From the IMG/VR virus record IMGVR_UViG_3300031911_000004, positions 541 through 64,540 of that record: a stretch of 64,000 nucleotides of DNA; one strand, 5' to 3'. Below, piece after piece: positions 36,855 through 45,163 of this stretch. The number at the start of each line of letters is the position of its first letter. Position 1 is the stretch's first letter. Position numbers and translations under genes: made by a program. This stretch comes from a virus. The notes beneath the pieces were generated by a model. It saw only the letters and a program-made list of their open reading frames with translations, had not been told where the DNA came from and did no database searches.

Positions 36855-37088
36855 AATGGCAGCATGATGCGATTTTCAAGGCTTTGGCGCAAGTGGTATT
36901 TTGAACGCCTTGATTGTCATACAGAAAGAACCCTCCCGATCCGGCCTCTCTCTCGCACGCAAGAGAGGTTTGGAGGATGGCCAGAAGGGGAGAGTAAGGG
37001 TATGACGCAGAAGGTAGGTTTTCTGGATTCGGAAATTGCCGCACAGCCTGATCAAAACCGCCGCTTTGGATTCTGAGTGCCTAAATTC

Positions 37089-37165
37089 ACCCGAGAGGTA
37101 CAGTGGGCTTTTTCATCCGATGGTTCACAGGCTATTGTCCAGCTACGACTTCCTTTCCTTCGGGC
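37089..37165 (-). ncRNA. Unrecognised structured RNA motif, copy 2
   Basis: Closing stem GCCCGA/TCGGGT; blocks AGTCGTAG, CTGTGAAC and TGTACCT shared with copy 1. Confidence 0.55.
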
Positions 37166-37226
37166 GTCAAATTGGTGCGTAACATTCAAGAAACGCGGAA
37201 ACCTTATCTTGTGGAGGGCGGGAGAA

Positions 37227-37347
37227 TCAGGACTGAAGAGATGGATTCGGGACTCGAACTCCGAACGTCACTTTCGTGACACTGCGTGATTGCCTAGGAT
37301 CAGCAGCGCGTCTACCAGCTTCCGCCAATCCATCTCTTCAGTCCTGA
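37227..37347 (-). ncRNA. tRNA-Leu-like RNA with a 21-bp closing stem
   Basis: Perfect 21-bp inverted repeat (37227-37247 / 37327-37347) enclosing a Leu-type D arm GCGGAAGCTGGTAGACGC, an enlarged anticodon arm, variable arm GTCAC-GAAA-GTGAC and T loop TTCGAGT; no CCA. Confidence 0.75.
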
Positions 37348-37354
37348 ATTTATG

Positions 37355-37429
37355 CCGCTGTCTGGTGTTCAACAAGGTACACATATAACCCCGTTCGCAG
37401 TTCTCCTACGACTCTATTCCAGACAGCGG
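37355..37429 (-). ncRNA. Unrecognised structured RNA motif, copy 1
   Basis: Perfect 11-bp closing stem CCGCTGTCTGG/CCAGACAGCGG; blocks AGTCGTAG, CTGCGAAC, TGTACCT. Confidence 0.6.
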
Positions 37430-37447
37430 GTTAAGGGTTGATTGATG

Positions 37448-37699
37448 CTAGTCGCATCCGCAACTGTTGCAAGCAGAACTTGAGGATGAATCCCCGCTCG
37501 TCATGTAAAGGAAGTTTTGAGCGGCGGTGAAACCAGCCATCGGGTCAGGCTGCGAATCTGTCGAGATCGAAGTGAAAGACCGTTGTTTCTTGGCTGGTGG
37601 CTTGGTAGGCTCAGCCTTTCGCGTTGGCGCACGCTCATTCTCTTCATGCTTCAGGCCGGAAAACAGGGCGGTGAATCTTGGAACGTCGTAGGATGCCAT
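37448..37699 (-). CDS. 83-aa protein whose N-terminus resembles the major capsid N-terminus
   Basis: Start MASYDVPRFT at 37699, 5 nt after the upstream stop; C-terminal CNSCGCD. Confidence 0.6.
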   Translation of the reverse strand: MASYDVPRFTALFSGLKHEENERAPTRKAEPTKPPAKKQRSFTSISTDSQPDPMAGFTAAQNFLYMTSGDSSSSSACNSCGCD

Positions 37700-37704
37700 A
37701 GTGG

Positions 37705-38109
37705 TTACTGGTTGATTGCTCTCGGTCCGATGTTGCGGCCACGGCGACGGAGGATGGAGGTCTTGGCGTGTTTCTGGCGGACTATAGCACGTCGGGCAAA
37801 CACTTGTCTTGCTTCCCAATCTTTGATATACGCCTCCCCTTGGGCCTTCCGTTCGTCATTGCGGCGTTTACACTCGGCCCTGGCTATCACCTCCAGCGCC
37901 TTCCCTTGTGGGCTGTCATATGGCTGCTTGATGAGCGCCCATGTCATGCCCCTGTCATCAACGTGGTATTCTATGTCTGAGGCGTATGCAGGCTTTGACC
38001 AGTTGCTCGTGTCGGGCGGGTCATCTCGGTATATCCACCACAGAGCAATCTTCACGATGCTCAAAGTGCCCAATCCGACAGCAAGAATCCAGAAGAGTGT
38101 TTCCATCAC
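37705..38109 (-). CDS. Membrane-anchored hypothetical protein
   Basis: N-terminal TM helix LFWILAVGLGTLSIVKIALWWIY. Confidence 0.6.
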   Translation of the reverse strand: MMETLFWILAVGLGTLSIVKIALWWIYRDDPPDTSNWSKPAYASDIEYHVDDRGMTWALIKQPYDSPQGKALEVIARAECKRRNDERKAQGEAYIKDWEARQVFARRAIVRQKHAKTSILRRRGRNIGPRAINQ

Positions 38110-38459
38110 AATCCCTCCCCCTCTGTGAATGTGATCTGAATGCAGGCGATGCGAGGTCCGCCCATTTCGTCGGCATCCTCCTTGGTCTCAAACAGACCAT
38201 TGCAACTGCCATTGTACACGTTTGTCCACATGGTTCGCGTAACCGGGGCCATGAAGAGGTCGTTGCCGCTTGTGGTTGCATCATCATGATACCCACCATT
38301 CACGATGAACGTTTCCATTCTCCTGTTGATACTGGCAACTATTTGATAGTTGTCGCAATCGGCGCAGTACGTGATGAACGTAGCAGGTCTCCCGTTACGT
38401 GTCTGTATCGGGTGGCCAGCTTGGGCCAACTTCAGGTCAAAAGGCTTCAGGGCGCTCAT
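38106..38459 (-). CDS. Conserved phage hypothetical protein
   Basis: KPFDLKLAQAGHPIQTRNGRPA...DLFM motif. Confidence 0.65.
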   Translation of the reverse strand: MSALKPFDLKLAQAGHPIQTRNGRPATFITYCADCDNYQIVASINRRMETFIVNGGYHDDATTSGNDLFMAPVTRTMWTNVYNGSCNGLFETKEDADEMGGPRIACIQITFTEGEGL

Positions 38460-38746
38460 ACTTCTGGGTCGAATTTGGATTTGAACTCTTTGTCTGACAT
38501 GACGTGAGGATTGTTGATGTCGTCCCACACCACCCAATCTCCAATCTGCAAATCTCTGCCCCACCAGTTAGAGCAGCGGACTACGACTGATCTGATGATG
38601 CGCTTCCCATTGTCTACCTGCCAGTTGTTGAGGTAGATGGGTTTAGGCAGTTCCTGCTTGTCGAAGATGTGAGACGCCACCAACTCCAATGTCACCTGAA
38701 ACGCTTGGAAGCGCTGTGGTTTGCTGATGAAGACTTGGGTTGCCAT
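38456..38746 (-). CDS. Conserved phage hypothetical protein
   Basis: KP..FQAFQ...IGDWVV...F..KF pattern. Confidence 0.6.
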   Translation of the reverse strand: MATQVFISKPQRFQAFQVTLELVASHIFDKQELPKPIYLNNWQVDNGKRIIRSVVVRCSNWWGRDLQIGDWVVWDDINNPHVMSDKEFKSKFDPEV

Positions 38747-38917
38747 ACTGTTGGATTTGAAGAAGTCAGCCAGTCCAGGTTGCTCACAGATGAGGTTTCA
38801 GTTCGTCTCGTGTACTTGAAGACGGACCATGTGTTTTCCGCTGCGCCCTCGATGCTGGCTGACTCAGCCGTCATTCTCCCCACTTGCGCAATCATTGCAA
38901 GCGGTTTTCTCCACAAA

Positions 38918-41209
38918 TCACAACCCATGCGCCTGATTGTCCCAGTCGAACCCATCATCGCGATAGCTGTATTGGGCATCTGGTGGCCCCTCAAGATGTG
39001 GCGTGAACTGGGTCGCAAACTGAATGCACGACATCCCGACCGAGAGCATACGCAGCCAGTCGTCGCGTTCACCAGCGGGTGGAACTGGGTCGCCGTCTTT
39101 GTTCACCGTGATGTAGCTGAGTTGGCGGATCATCTCGGGACAGTTGACGACGAGCTTCTGTTCGCGGATCACCCTGTCGAGGTTGTCGGTGGATTGACGG
39201 TGGAGCCCTGGCTTGCTGAGCCAGCCGAATGTCTCTGTGGACTTCCCTTGCGTGAGCCGTGAGCCGTCGGCACCCATTCCCGGCCCCCAGAGGTTCTGCA
39301 CGCCGATCTCCATCAGCCTGTTTGCGGCGTTGTCGAGGTTGTCGATGATCGGCACCACGGTACACCGCCCGTACATCCGATGGAGCGCCAACACGCGCTG
39401 CATCACCACATCGGGCGCTGATTCGTCCTCAAGTTGCAATGCCGCCACGAGTTTCGCAGGTGTCACGGCCCGCGTCTCCGGGTCTACATGCTCCGAGCAA
39501 AGCACGCCTATCGCGTTGGTGTCGCGGCGGGTGGCGCTGCCGACCAGCAACTTCCCATCTCGAAACCTCACTGACAACACATAGGATCGGCCTTCCATCG
39601 GCGTATTCCACACCCGGCACCATCCGCCTGGGTTATCCCGTGGCACGCTCGCCCGCGTGGTCTCATTGGTGATGATCTCCATGATTCTCGGCTGGGCCGT
39701 GGTCGGAACCGAGGCGATACGGAGACGCTCGACACCCGAGGCATCGAAGCGGCGGCTGGATTTTGTGACCATCACCCCCGACATCTTGGCCTCAGCCTTT
39801 ACACGCAGGGAGTCGCAAAAGTGACTGCACCAGTTATGCACGATGTCGTTCGTCAACAACCCCGTCTTTTCATCCTGCTTGCGTCGGTACTCGCGGAGGG
39901 CCTCCAACCCACGCTTGCATTTATCGGCATCGAACATGCAGAGGTCCAGCATCTTCGAGACCTCGTTGATGCCCAGCCATGGATCGGTTGTTCTCGGGAC
40001 GGTGACGACGTTCTCCAATCCAGCGAGCGTCAATTCCTCGCGGAAGGTCATGCCGCCAGGGCGTAGTGCGTTCGCATCGTGTGGTACGTAGTGGGCGTTG
40101 AAGTCATAGCCCTTCGCCCGCATGTGGGCCGTGCGCTGCTCGGTCGTCAAAAACAGGTTGTGGTCGCAGTCGATGACATGCTCGTACCCAGCAATCGTTT
40201 GCGTGTACCAGACGACCGTGTTCTCGGGTGCTCCGAGATCCCAGAAGGTGTCCACGGTGTACTCTGGATTGTGCGGCAGCGAGGTAATCTGGCCGCGGGT
40301 CATCAGCGTGTCCATCATCACCCCATAGATTGCCCCGATGATTGGAGCCTCCCAGCACTCGTCGATGGTGCTCGGGAACTCGCGCTTCATCTTCGACCCC
40401 TGTTGAGCGGAGGTCAGCGTGTACCAACGCTTTTGCGCCTGGGTGAAACCTTTTTTCGTCTTCTCAGCCAGATCCCTGAAATATTGCTCCACCTCTCCTG
40501 AGACGGTGCCGCCATCGAATCGGGCGCACTCCGGGTCATTGTGCCACGGGAAGAACATCAGCACGCCCTCGGCATCCTCTGCCTTCTTCATGATCGGCTC
40601 GATCAACTCCCAGAGGTCTCCAGACTTCCCGCCCATCCACGTAGTCTCGACCACGCGTTTCCCCTTACGTGCCGCAGGAAGCGCGCCGGACCGGATTTCC
40701 GCTGACCTGGGCCTGTCCTCGAACGCGATTGGCCCCCACTCGGAGACCCAGAGGAACGAGCAGTCGCCCCCGCGGGCTTGCACGCCTGCATGGATGCTCG
40801 ACTTGAACTCATCGGGAACCGTCTTGATCTTCAACTCGAAGTCTGAGTCAGACCGCTTGAATACCTCCAGCCTGCTTGTCAACTCGTCGGGCATGGATTC
40901 AGCCGCGAACCTGATGATGTTGCGCATCTTCTCAGCCGCGAACTCTTTGGATCGCTCGATCAGCCTCGCCTGGGTGCCGCCTTTCCAGATTGCCTCGTCA
41001 GCCATAGCCACTCCGATCCCGGTGGACAGCCCCAAGCGGCGGGCTTTGATGATGTAGACTGGCACCGTTGGGCTTTCACGCAAGGATGTGATGACCATCT
41101 CCTGCTCTTGGCGCATCTTGAAAGGGATGGGATCACCTTCCCCCTCTTTGCGGATCTTGTAGAGGTTGGAGAGACGCCATCTCCAGTCGGCGAGGAGTTC
41201 GGGGGTCAT
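38918..41209 (-). CDS. terL: Terminase large subunit with C-terminal extension
   Basis: Walker A IIKARRLGLST, Walker B FLWVSEWG, coupling motif ETT, nuclease WDLG...SHFCDSLR. Confidence 0.9.
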   Translation of the reverse strand: MTPELLADWRWRLSNLYKIRKEGEGDPIPFKMRQEQEMVITSLRESPTVPVYIIKARRLGLSTGIGVAMADEAIWKGGTQARLIERSKEFAAEKMRNIIRFAAESMPDELTSRLEVFKRSDSDFELKIKTVPDEFKSSIHAGVQARGGDCSFLWVSEWGPIAFEDRPRSAEIRSGALPAARKGKRVVETTWMGGKSGDLWELIEPIMKKAEDAEGVLMFFPWHNDPECARFDGGTVSGEVEQYFRDLAEKTKKGFTQAQKRWYTLTSAQQGSKMKREFPSTIDECWEAPIIGAIYGVMMDTLMTRGQITSLPHNPEYTVDTFWDLGAPENTVVWYTQTIAGYEHVIDCDHNLFLTTEQRTAHMRAKGYDFNAHYVPHDANALRPGGMTFREELTLAGLENVVTVPRTTDPWLGINEVSKMLDLCMFDADKCKRGLEALREYRRKQDEKTGLLTNDIVHNWCSHFCDSLRVKAEAKMSGVMVTKSSRRFDASGVERLRIASVPTTAQPRIMEIITNETTRASVPRDNPGGWCRVWNTPMEGRSYVLSVRFRDGKLLVGSATRRDTNAIGVLCSEHVDPETRAVTPAKLVAALQLEDESAPDVVMQRVLALHRMYGRCTVVPIIDNLDNAANRLMEIGVQNLWGPGMGADGSRLTQGKSTETFGWLSKPGLHRQSTDNLDRVIREQKLVVNCPEMIRQLSYITVNKDGDPVPPAGERDDWLRMLSVGMSCIQFATQFTPHLEGPPDAQYSYRDDGFDWDNQAHGL

Positions 41210-41658
41210 GTGGTTGCTCTGTCTTTCATGGCTGCGTAAAACTCTTCTTTGTCCGTCGAGTAGAAACCTTGCCCGACAATCTCGTCGAAGAGTTGGCGCA
41301 TGGTCGCCAATGTGGACTCAAGCCTTTGCGCGTGGCTGGGGCCTTGGAGTTCACCGAATTTCATCTCGTCATAGTAGCCGGGATATCCAAGGCCATAGTC
41401 ATACAGCAGCGCCATGCTCATCAGAAGCCCCGGAGGAGGCTCCCTTCGCGACGACTTTTCCACGTTCTTCCACTCCTTGTATTCTGGGTCGCTGGTAGAG
41501 TCCCACCACGTGTCGTTCACAAGCTCAAATGGACCCGTATGGGTGAACAGGAACTCGCGCATACCATCGGCTTTAAACTGTGCGAATTCACCGCTCAATT
41601 TCCCCAAGTCGAAGAACTCCTTGGATGCCTTGCAAACCAGACTGTAGTCAACTCCCAT
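41206..41658 (-). CDS. Hypothetical phage protein
   Basis: 150 aa; MSMALLYDYGLG...QLFDEIVGQGFY; overlaps the terL start. Confidence 0.6.
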   Translation of the reverse strand: MGVDYSLVCKASKEFFDLGKLSGEFAQFKADGMREFLFTHTGPFELVNDTWWDSTSDPEYKEWKNVEKSSRREPPPGLLMSMALLYDYGLGYPGYYDEMKFGELQGPSHAQRLESTLATMRQLFDEIVGQGFYSTDKEEFYAAMKDRATT

Positions 41659-41816
41659 AATTCAAAACCCTCTATGTTTCCGCATCTCGTTGAAGTGCCG
41701 CCGATGCGCTTCCTCAGCGTCCTCTGGCGGCGTGAAAGGTCCATGGTAGATCGTCAGCCGTCCCAGCGCCAGCACTACGGCGAGCCAGATCAGGACGGTG
41801 ATGAGGAGGCCGAGTT

Positions 41817-42134
41817 TCATGCGTTGTCCCCGCTGAAGCCTCTCTGGCCTGTACGACCATTCATTCCGGGTTCGAACATGCCTTTCCCGTACCACTGCGG
41901 CTCCTTCCTCCTCCGCTTCTCACTATTCTCCTGCTGGATGTCAGAGAGCTTGCGGAAGCGGTGAACAAACCAATAACCCTCAATTCCAACAAGCTGTATG
42001 ACCTCCCAGTGTATAGCGGTTTCAGCCTGGAAGGATTGAACGACGTAGATCTTCCCCTTCTCCACAAAGGATGTGCTTGGCACAGATCCCGGTGAATCGT
42101 CGATGCAAACTACCTTTTCTCCGATTTCAAACAT
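41817..42134 (-). CDS. Hypothetical phage protein (SH3-like)
   Basis: FEIGEKVVCIDD...KGKIYVV...RFRKL. Confidence 0.6.
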   Translation of the reverse strand: MFEIGEKVVCIDDSPGSVPSTSFVEKGKIYVVQSFQAETAIHWEVIQLVGIEGYWFVHRFRKLSDIQQENSEKRRRKEPQWYGKGMFEPGMNGRTGQRGFSGDNA

Positions 42135-42239
42135 GGTCTTGGTTGGTTGGTTATCCTCTGATTTGGTCCCACGCCCACTTGAGCATGCAGATGGTGCCGA
42201 ACACGAGGATCGGCCATTCCCATGGCTGGATGGCAGTCT

Positions 42240-42557
42240 TCATGCTTTTGGCTTCCTCTTGGCGGGTTTCTTGGGCTTTGGAAAGGCAAAGCTTCGTTCA
42301 CGCTGCCTCAAAACCTTCTTGATCCCCTTCTCCCACTTGGCCGTATTCTCTGGCGTCCTTGGGTCGCCGGGGTGTAGCGGAGGGATGTGTGCCGAGATCC
42401 TCGCCATCGTCCCCTCTTGGGCCAGCACGTGAGGAGTCACCTCACCGTCCTCCCAGTACGCAATGAGGCGCGGAGAGACGCTCAGTAACTCGGCCATCTG
42501 TAGCCGAGTCATCCCGAGTCGCTTTCGCTCGGCTTGGAGTTGTTCGGCGAAAGTCAT
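42240..42557 (-). CDS. XRE-family HTH protein
   Basis: FAEQLQAERKRLGMTRLQMAELLSVSPRLIAYWEDG. Confidence 0.8.
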   Translation of the reverse strand: MTFAEQLQAERKRLGMTRLQMAELLSVSPRLIAYWEDGEVTPHVLAQEGTMARISAHIPPLHPGDPRTPENTAKWEKGIKKVLRQRERSFAFPKPKKPAKRKPKA

Positions 42558-42874
42558 GGTTGGTTGGGCGCTTTGACGAGCATGAATGCGGGGACTACCG
42601 ACCGCCAAGGGATTCCGGTGGTGGAGATGCCTTGGATGAGAAGGTACTGGCACGGATCATCAGGGGCTTTCTCAGCCACGCTCAGCACGACAGCGCGCCA
42701 ATGTGACCCCGTGCTGATGAGCGGGGCGTCGCGGTACTTTGGCGCAAGCTCCACGATGTCGCCTGTACTCCATGCGGGTGGAGGATTAATACTCTTCCTG
42801 AGCGCGGCCTCAGCCTCAGTCGCCGTTGGGTAACTCCGTTTGCGAGCCGTCTTCTTCTTCGGTTTGGTGGCCAT
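42554..42874 (-). CDS. Hypothetical protein with its own promoter
   Basis: TTGCAA-N16-AATGAT-N8-ATG upstream (42875-42910). Confidence 0.55.
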   Translation of the reverse strand: MATKPKKKTARKRSYPTATEAEAALRKSINPPPAWSTGDIVELAPKYRDAPLISTGSHWRAVVLSVAEKAPDDPCQYLLIQGISTTGIPWRSVVPAFMLVKAPNQP

Positions 42875-42923
42875 ACCCCGCAATCATTGCCTATCCCGCA
42901 AATGTTGCAAGCGGGAATGTGCG

Positions 42924-43115
42924 CTATTCGTCAGATGGTGGAGCAAGGGATTCAAGGGCTGCTCCCAGTCCTCCCGCCTTGGATGCCAGTCCACGAAACC
43001 ATGTGGCGCATCGAGCGGTGGTCTGGATGTCCAGGCGCTCGGTTCTCTTGAGTCCACCTTTTGGCGGTCGTCCTGCTCCAGGGCGTTTTCCGCCTTTGTT
43101 GTGTTTGGGTTTCAT
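42924..43115 (-). CDS. Small basic DNA-binding protein
   Basis: GGKRPGAGRP motif. Confidence 0.55.
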   Translation of the reverse strand: MKPKHNKGGKRPGAGRPPKGGLKRTERLDIQTTARCATWFRGLASKAGGLGAALESLAPPSDE

Positions 43116-43375
43116 GTTCTGTCTTCAATCTTGATTGTTCTTTGGCGTTTCACGATTCCCTCTGGGAGCCAGACAGGGATTAGGTGAGGTCTGCCATCTA
43201 CGGTCATTTCTACAGTGGCTTCACAAGGATGGATATAGACCTTGGAGGGGTTGATAATGAGGAAATCCGACCCCATCTGGTTGACTTGGATAGGGTCTTT
43301 TCCAGGGATGCAGAGATCCATTGTGATGGTGGAGGAATTGCCAGACCATTTTCGCTGGGGGATGTGATTATCCAT
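43112..43375 (-). CDS. Hypothetical protein
   Basis: 87-aa ORF with ATGA overlap. Confidence 0.55.
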   Translation of the reverse strand: MDNHIPQRKWSGNSSTITMDLCIPGKDPIQVNQMGSDFLIINPSKVYIHPCEATVEMTVDGRPHLIPVWLPEGIVKRQRTIKIEDRT

Positions 43376-43474
43376 AGAATTCTGTTGCGACAGATTGGAG
43401 GGCCGGGAAGGACAAGAGGACTGTAGCTCGCTAGCGTGGCAATATGCGACAGCTGTCCTTCCCGGCTGATTGTG

Positions 43475-44116
43475 TCAGGCGAAGCAATCCACGAGGTCTT
43501 CATCCTCATGAGCTGCCTTTACCGCCCGGTACTCGGCAAGCGTCAGGCTCCACCGCTCGATAGCCTTGGAGCCATCATCATCCTCACTGGATTCCCGATT
43601 GGGCCAGAGGATGCAATCACCGGAATCGTGGAGCCAGAGATATGCGTTTTCGCCCGCCTCAGCCTTGGCTTTCTGGATAGCGGTTACCGTTTCCTGCGCG
43701 GCAACGCGATCATTCAGGAAGACCCAAGCATCTGTATCTGTTGCCATGCCGTGCTCAACAAGGCCGGATACCATCGCCTCATAGGCATCTGGTGATTCCA
43801 TGGCCTCCTCCAGAGAGGGGCAGACCAGTTCTATGACAGACTCATCCGACCATTCCACCTCTCCATCCTCGTCCAGAGTGGCCTCCCGACCATCGCTGGA
43901 GTCAATATAGCTGGAGGCACCATAGTCCCCTGAGATCGCCCTCTCAGCGTAATCAGAGGCATCGTATTGCTTGCTCCAGCCTGATCCCGGGCCAGAGGTG
44001 CCGAATGACGGCCCAATCACTCCAGAGGCAATGGAGTCATGGTCTTTGCATGCTGCCTCGATGGCTGAGGCGACATTGTTTCCAGCTTCTGCGACTTGTT
44101 CGATTGTGATTTTCAT
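43475..44116 (-). CDS. Highly acidic hypothetical protein
   Basis: Asp/Glu-rich; promoter TGGACG-N17-TATAAA-N8-ATG. Confidence 0.65.
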   Translation of the reverse strand: MKITIEQVAEAGNNVASAIEAACKDHDSIASGVIGPSFGTSGPGSGWSKQYDASDYAERAISGDYGASSYIDSSDGREATLDEDGEVEWSDESVIELVCPSLEEAMESPDAYEAMVSGLVEHGMATDTDAWVFLNDRVAAQETVTAIQKAKAEAGENAYLWLHDSGDCILWPNRESSEDDDGSKAIERWSLTLAEYRAVKAAHEDEDLVDCFA

Positions 44117-44337
44117 ACACACCCTTTATACGCTCTCCCCTCTGATTCGTCCACATAAATCAATCATTCGAGTAGAAAAAGATGAACCCAGTGTTCAAAA
44201 CGCCAGTTTCTCCAAACGTTCAAAGAAAGTTGTTCACATTTTGAACAAAATGCTCTTTTGAACAACAAAGAGCGCGCGACTGCGCGAGGATTGATTTTGA
44301 CAGGCGCGTGCGACCTGGCATCTCCGCACCCCTGACC

Positions 44338-44799
44338 TCAGTCCTTCCGCGCATGGCCTGTGGCCAACTGCGCCATGAACGCCGTGAGCGTGTCTCCGGC
44401 TTCAATCTCGTGCTTCTCTGGGGCATCAAACCCCAGCATCTTGCAGAGTCTCTCCATGATTCCCTTCTTGTCCGGGAATGTGGCGAAAGGCCCCTGCTTG
44501 CTCATCTTCAACTCGCAGAGAGGGTTTTCCATCCCTGCATCGCTGGGTTTGGACTTCACGATGTCGATGCACATCTTGACCAATTCTTCCCTGGTGATCT
44601 GGAGTTTCTCTGCTGTTTTGGTCTTCAGTTCATCAACCCTGAAATTCACCTGAACAGACCTCAAAAGCTTTGGCCCAGCGGTTTCCGCCGATTGAACCGT
44701 GCAACCGCTGAACACCTTTTGGTAAGCAGCGGATGCACTCAACCCCTTCGCCACCTCTTGAGCGAACTTCTCGTGTCTGGGGTTTTTCAGGACTGGCAT
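44338..44799 (-). CDS. terS: Terminase small subunit
   Basis: MPVLKNPRHEKFAQEVAKGLSASAAY...LCKMLGFDAPEK. Confidence 0.85.
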   Translation of the reverse strand: MPVLKNPRHEKFAQEVAKGLSASAAYQKVFSGCTVQSAETAGPKLLRSVQVNFRVDELKTKTAEKLQITREELVKMCIDIVKSKPSDAGMENPLCELKMSKQGPFATFPDKKGIMERLCKMLGFDAPEKHEIEAGDTLTAFMAQLATGHARKD

Positions 44800-44824
44800 A
44801 AGAGGTTGATGGTGAGTGAGTTGA

Positions 44825-45160
44825 TCAGAACTCGCCAGTGTCTACCGTGAGACCGAGATCGACAAGGCGAGTCTGCGGATAGGTGTTCTGGATTTTAGAA
44901 TTGTACTTCTCGATGATGGCCGTTGGGAACGCGATGATTGCCGCGTTGAGGGCGTCGAGATGCTCCTGGGTGAGGGTCGGAGTGGCCTGAACGGACTTGT
45001 ACGCCGTCCAAGCGTGCGTCTGCGTGCGGATGGGGGTGTCCGCAGTGGTGTAGAGCGGGGAAGTGATCGACTTTCCTATCGCAGCTTCAAGGGTAGCGGT
45101 ATCTGCGACTGTGCAGATGACTAGATAGCGGTCAAGGTTTCCGACTGGTGGCGTAATCAT
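44825..45160 (-). CDS. Hypothetical protein, possibly a tail-fibre partner
   Basis: 111 aa, directly after the fibre-like gene. Confidence 0.55.
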   Translation of the reverse strand: MITPPVGNLDRYLVICTVADTATLEAAIGKSITSPLYTTADTPIRTQTHAWTAYKSVQATPTLTQEHLDALNAAIIAFPTAIIEKYNSKIQNTYPQTRLVDLGLTVDTGEF

Positions 45161-45163
45161 AGT

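Noticed and set aside
37211-37228. tRNA/tmRNA-like 3' end (GATTCTCCCGCCCTCCA on the - strand)
   Set aside because: No matching 5' acceptor half or intact T loop was found nearby, so it cannot be called a gene or att site
37270-37310. Amber-suppressor (CTA) reading of the tRNA-like loop and possible stop-codon recoding
   Set aside because: Genes are intact under the standard code, and the loop register fits TAG-G37 better; the arm is non-canonical either way
37396-37413. Resemblance of GTCGTAGGAGAACTGCG to 16S rRNA helix 45
   Set aside because: Too short, and the second copy of the motif has a different loop; probably coincidental
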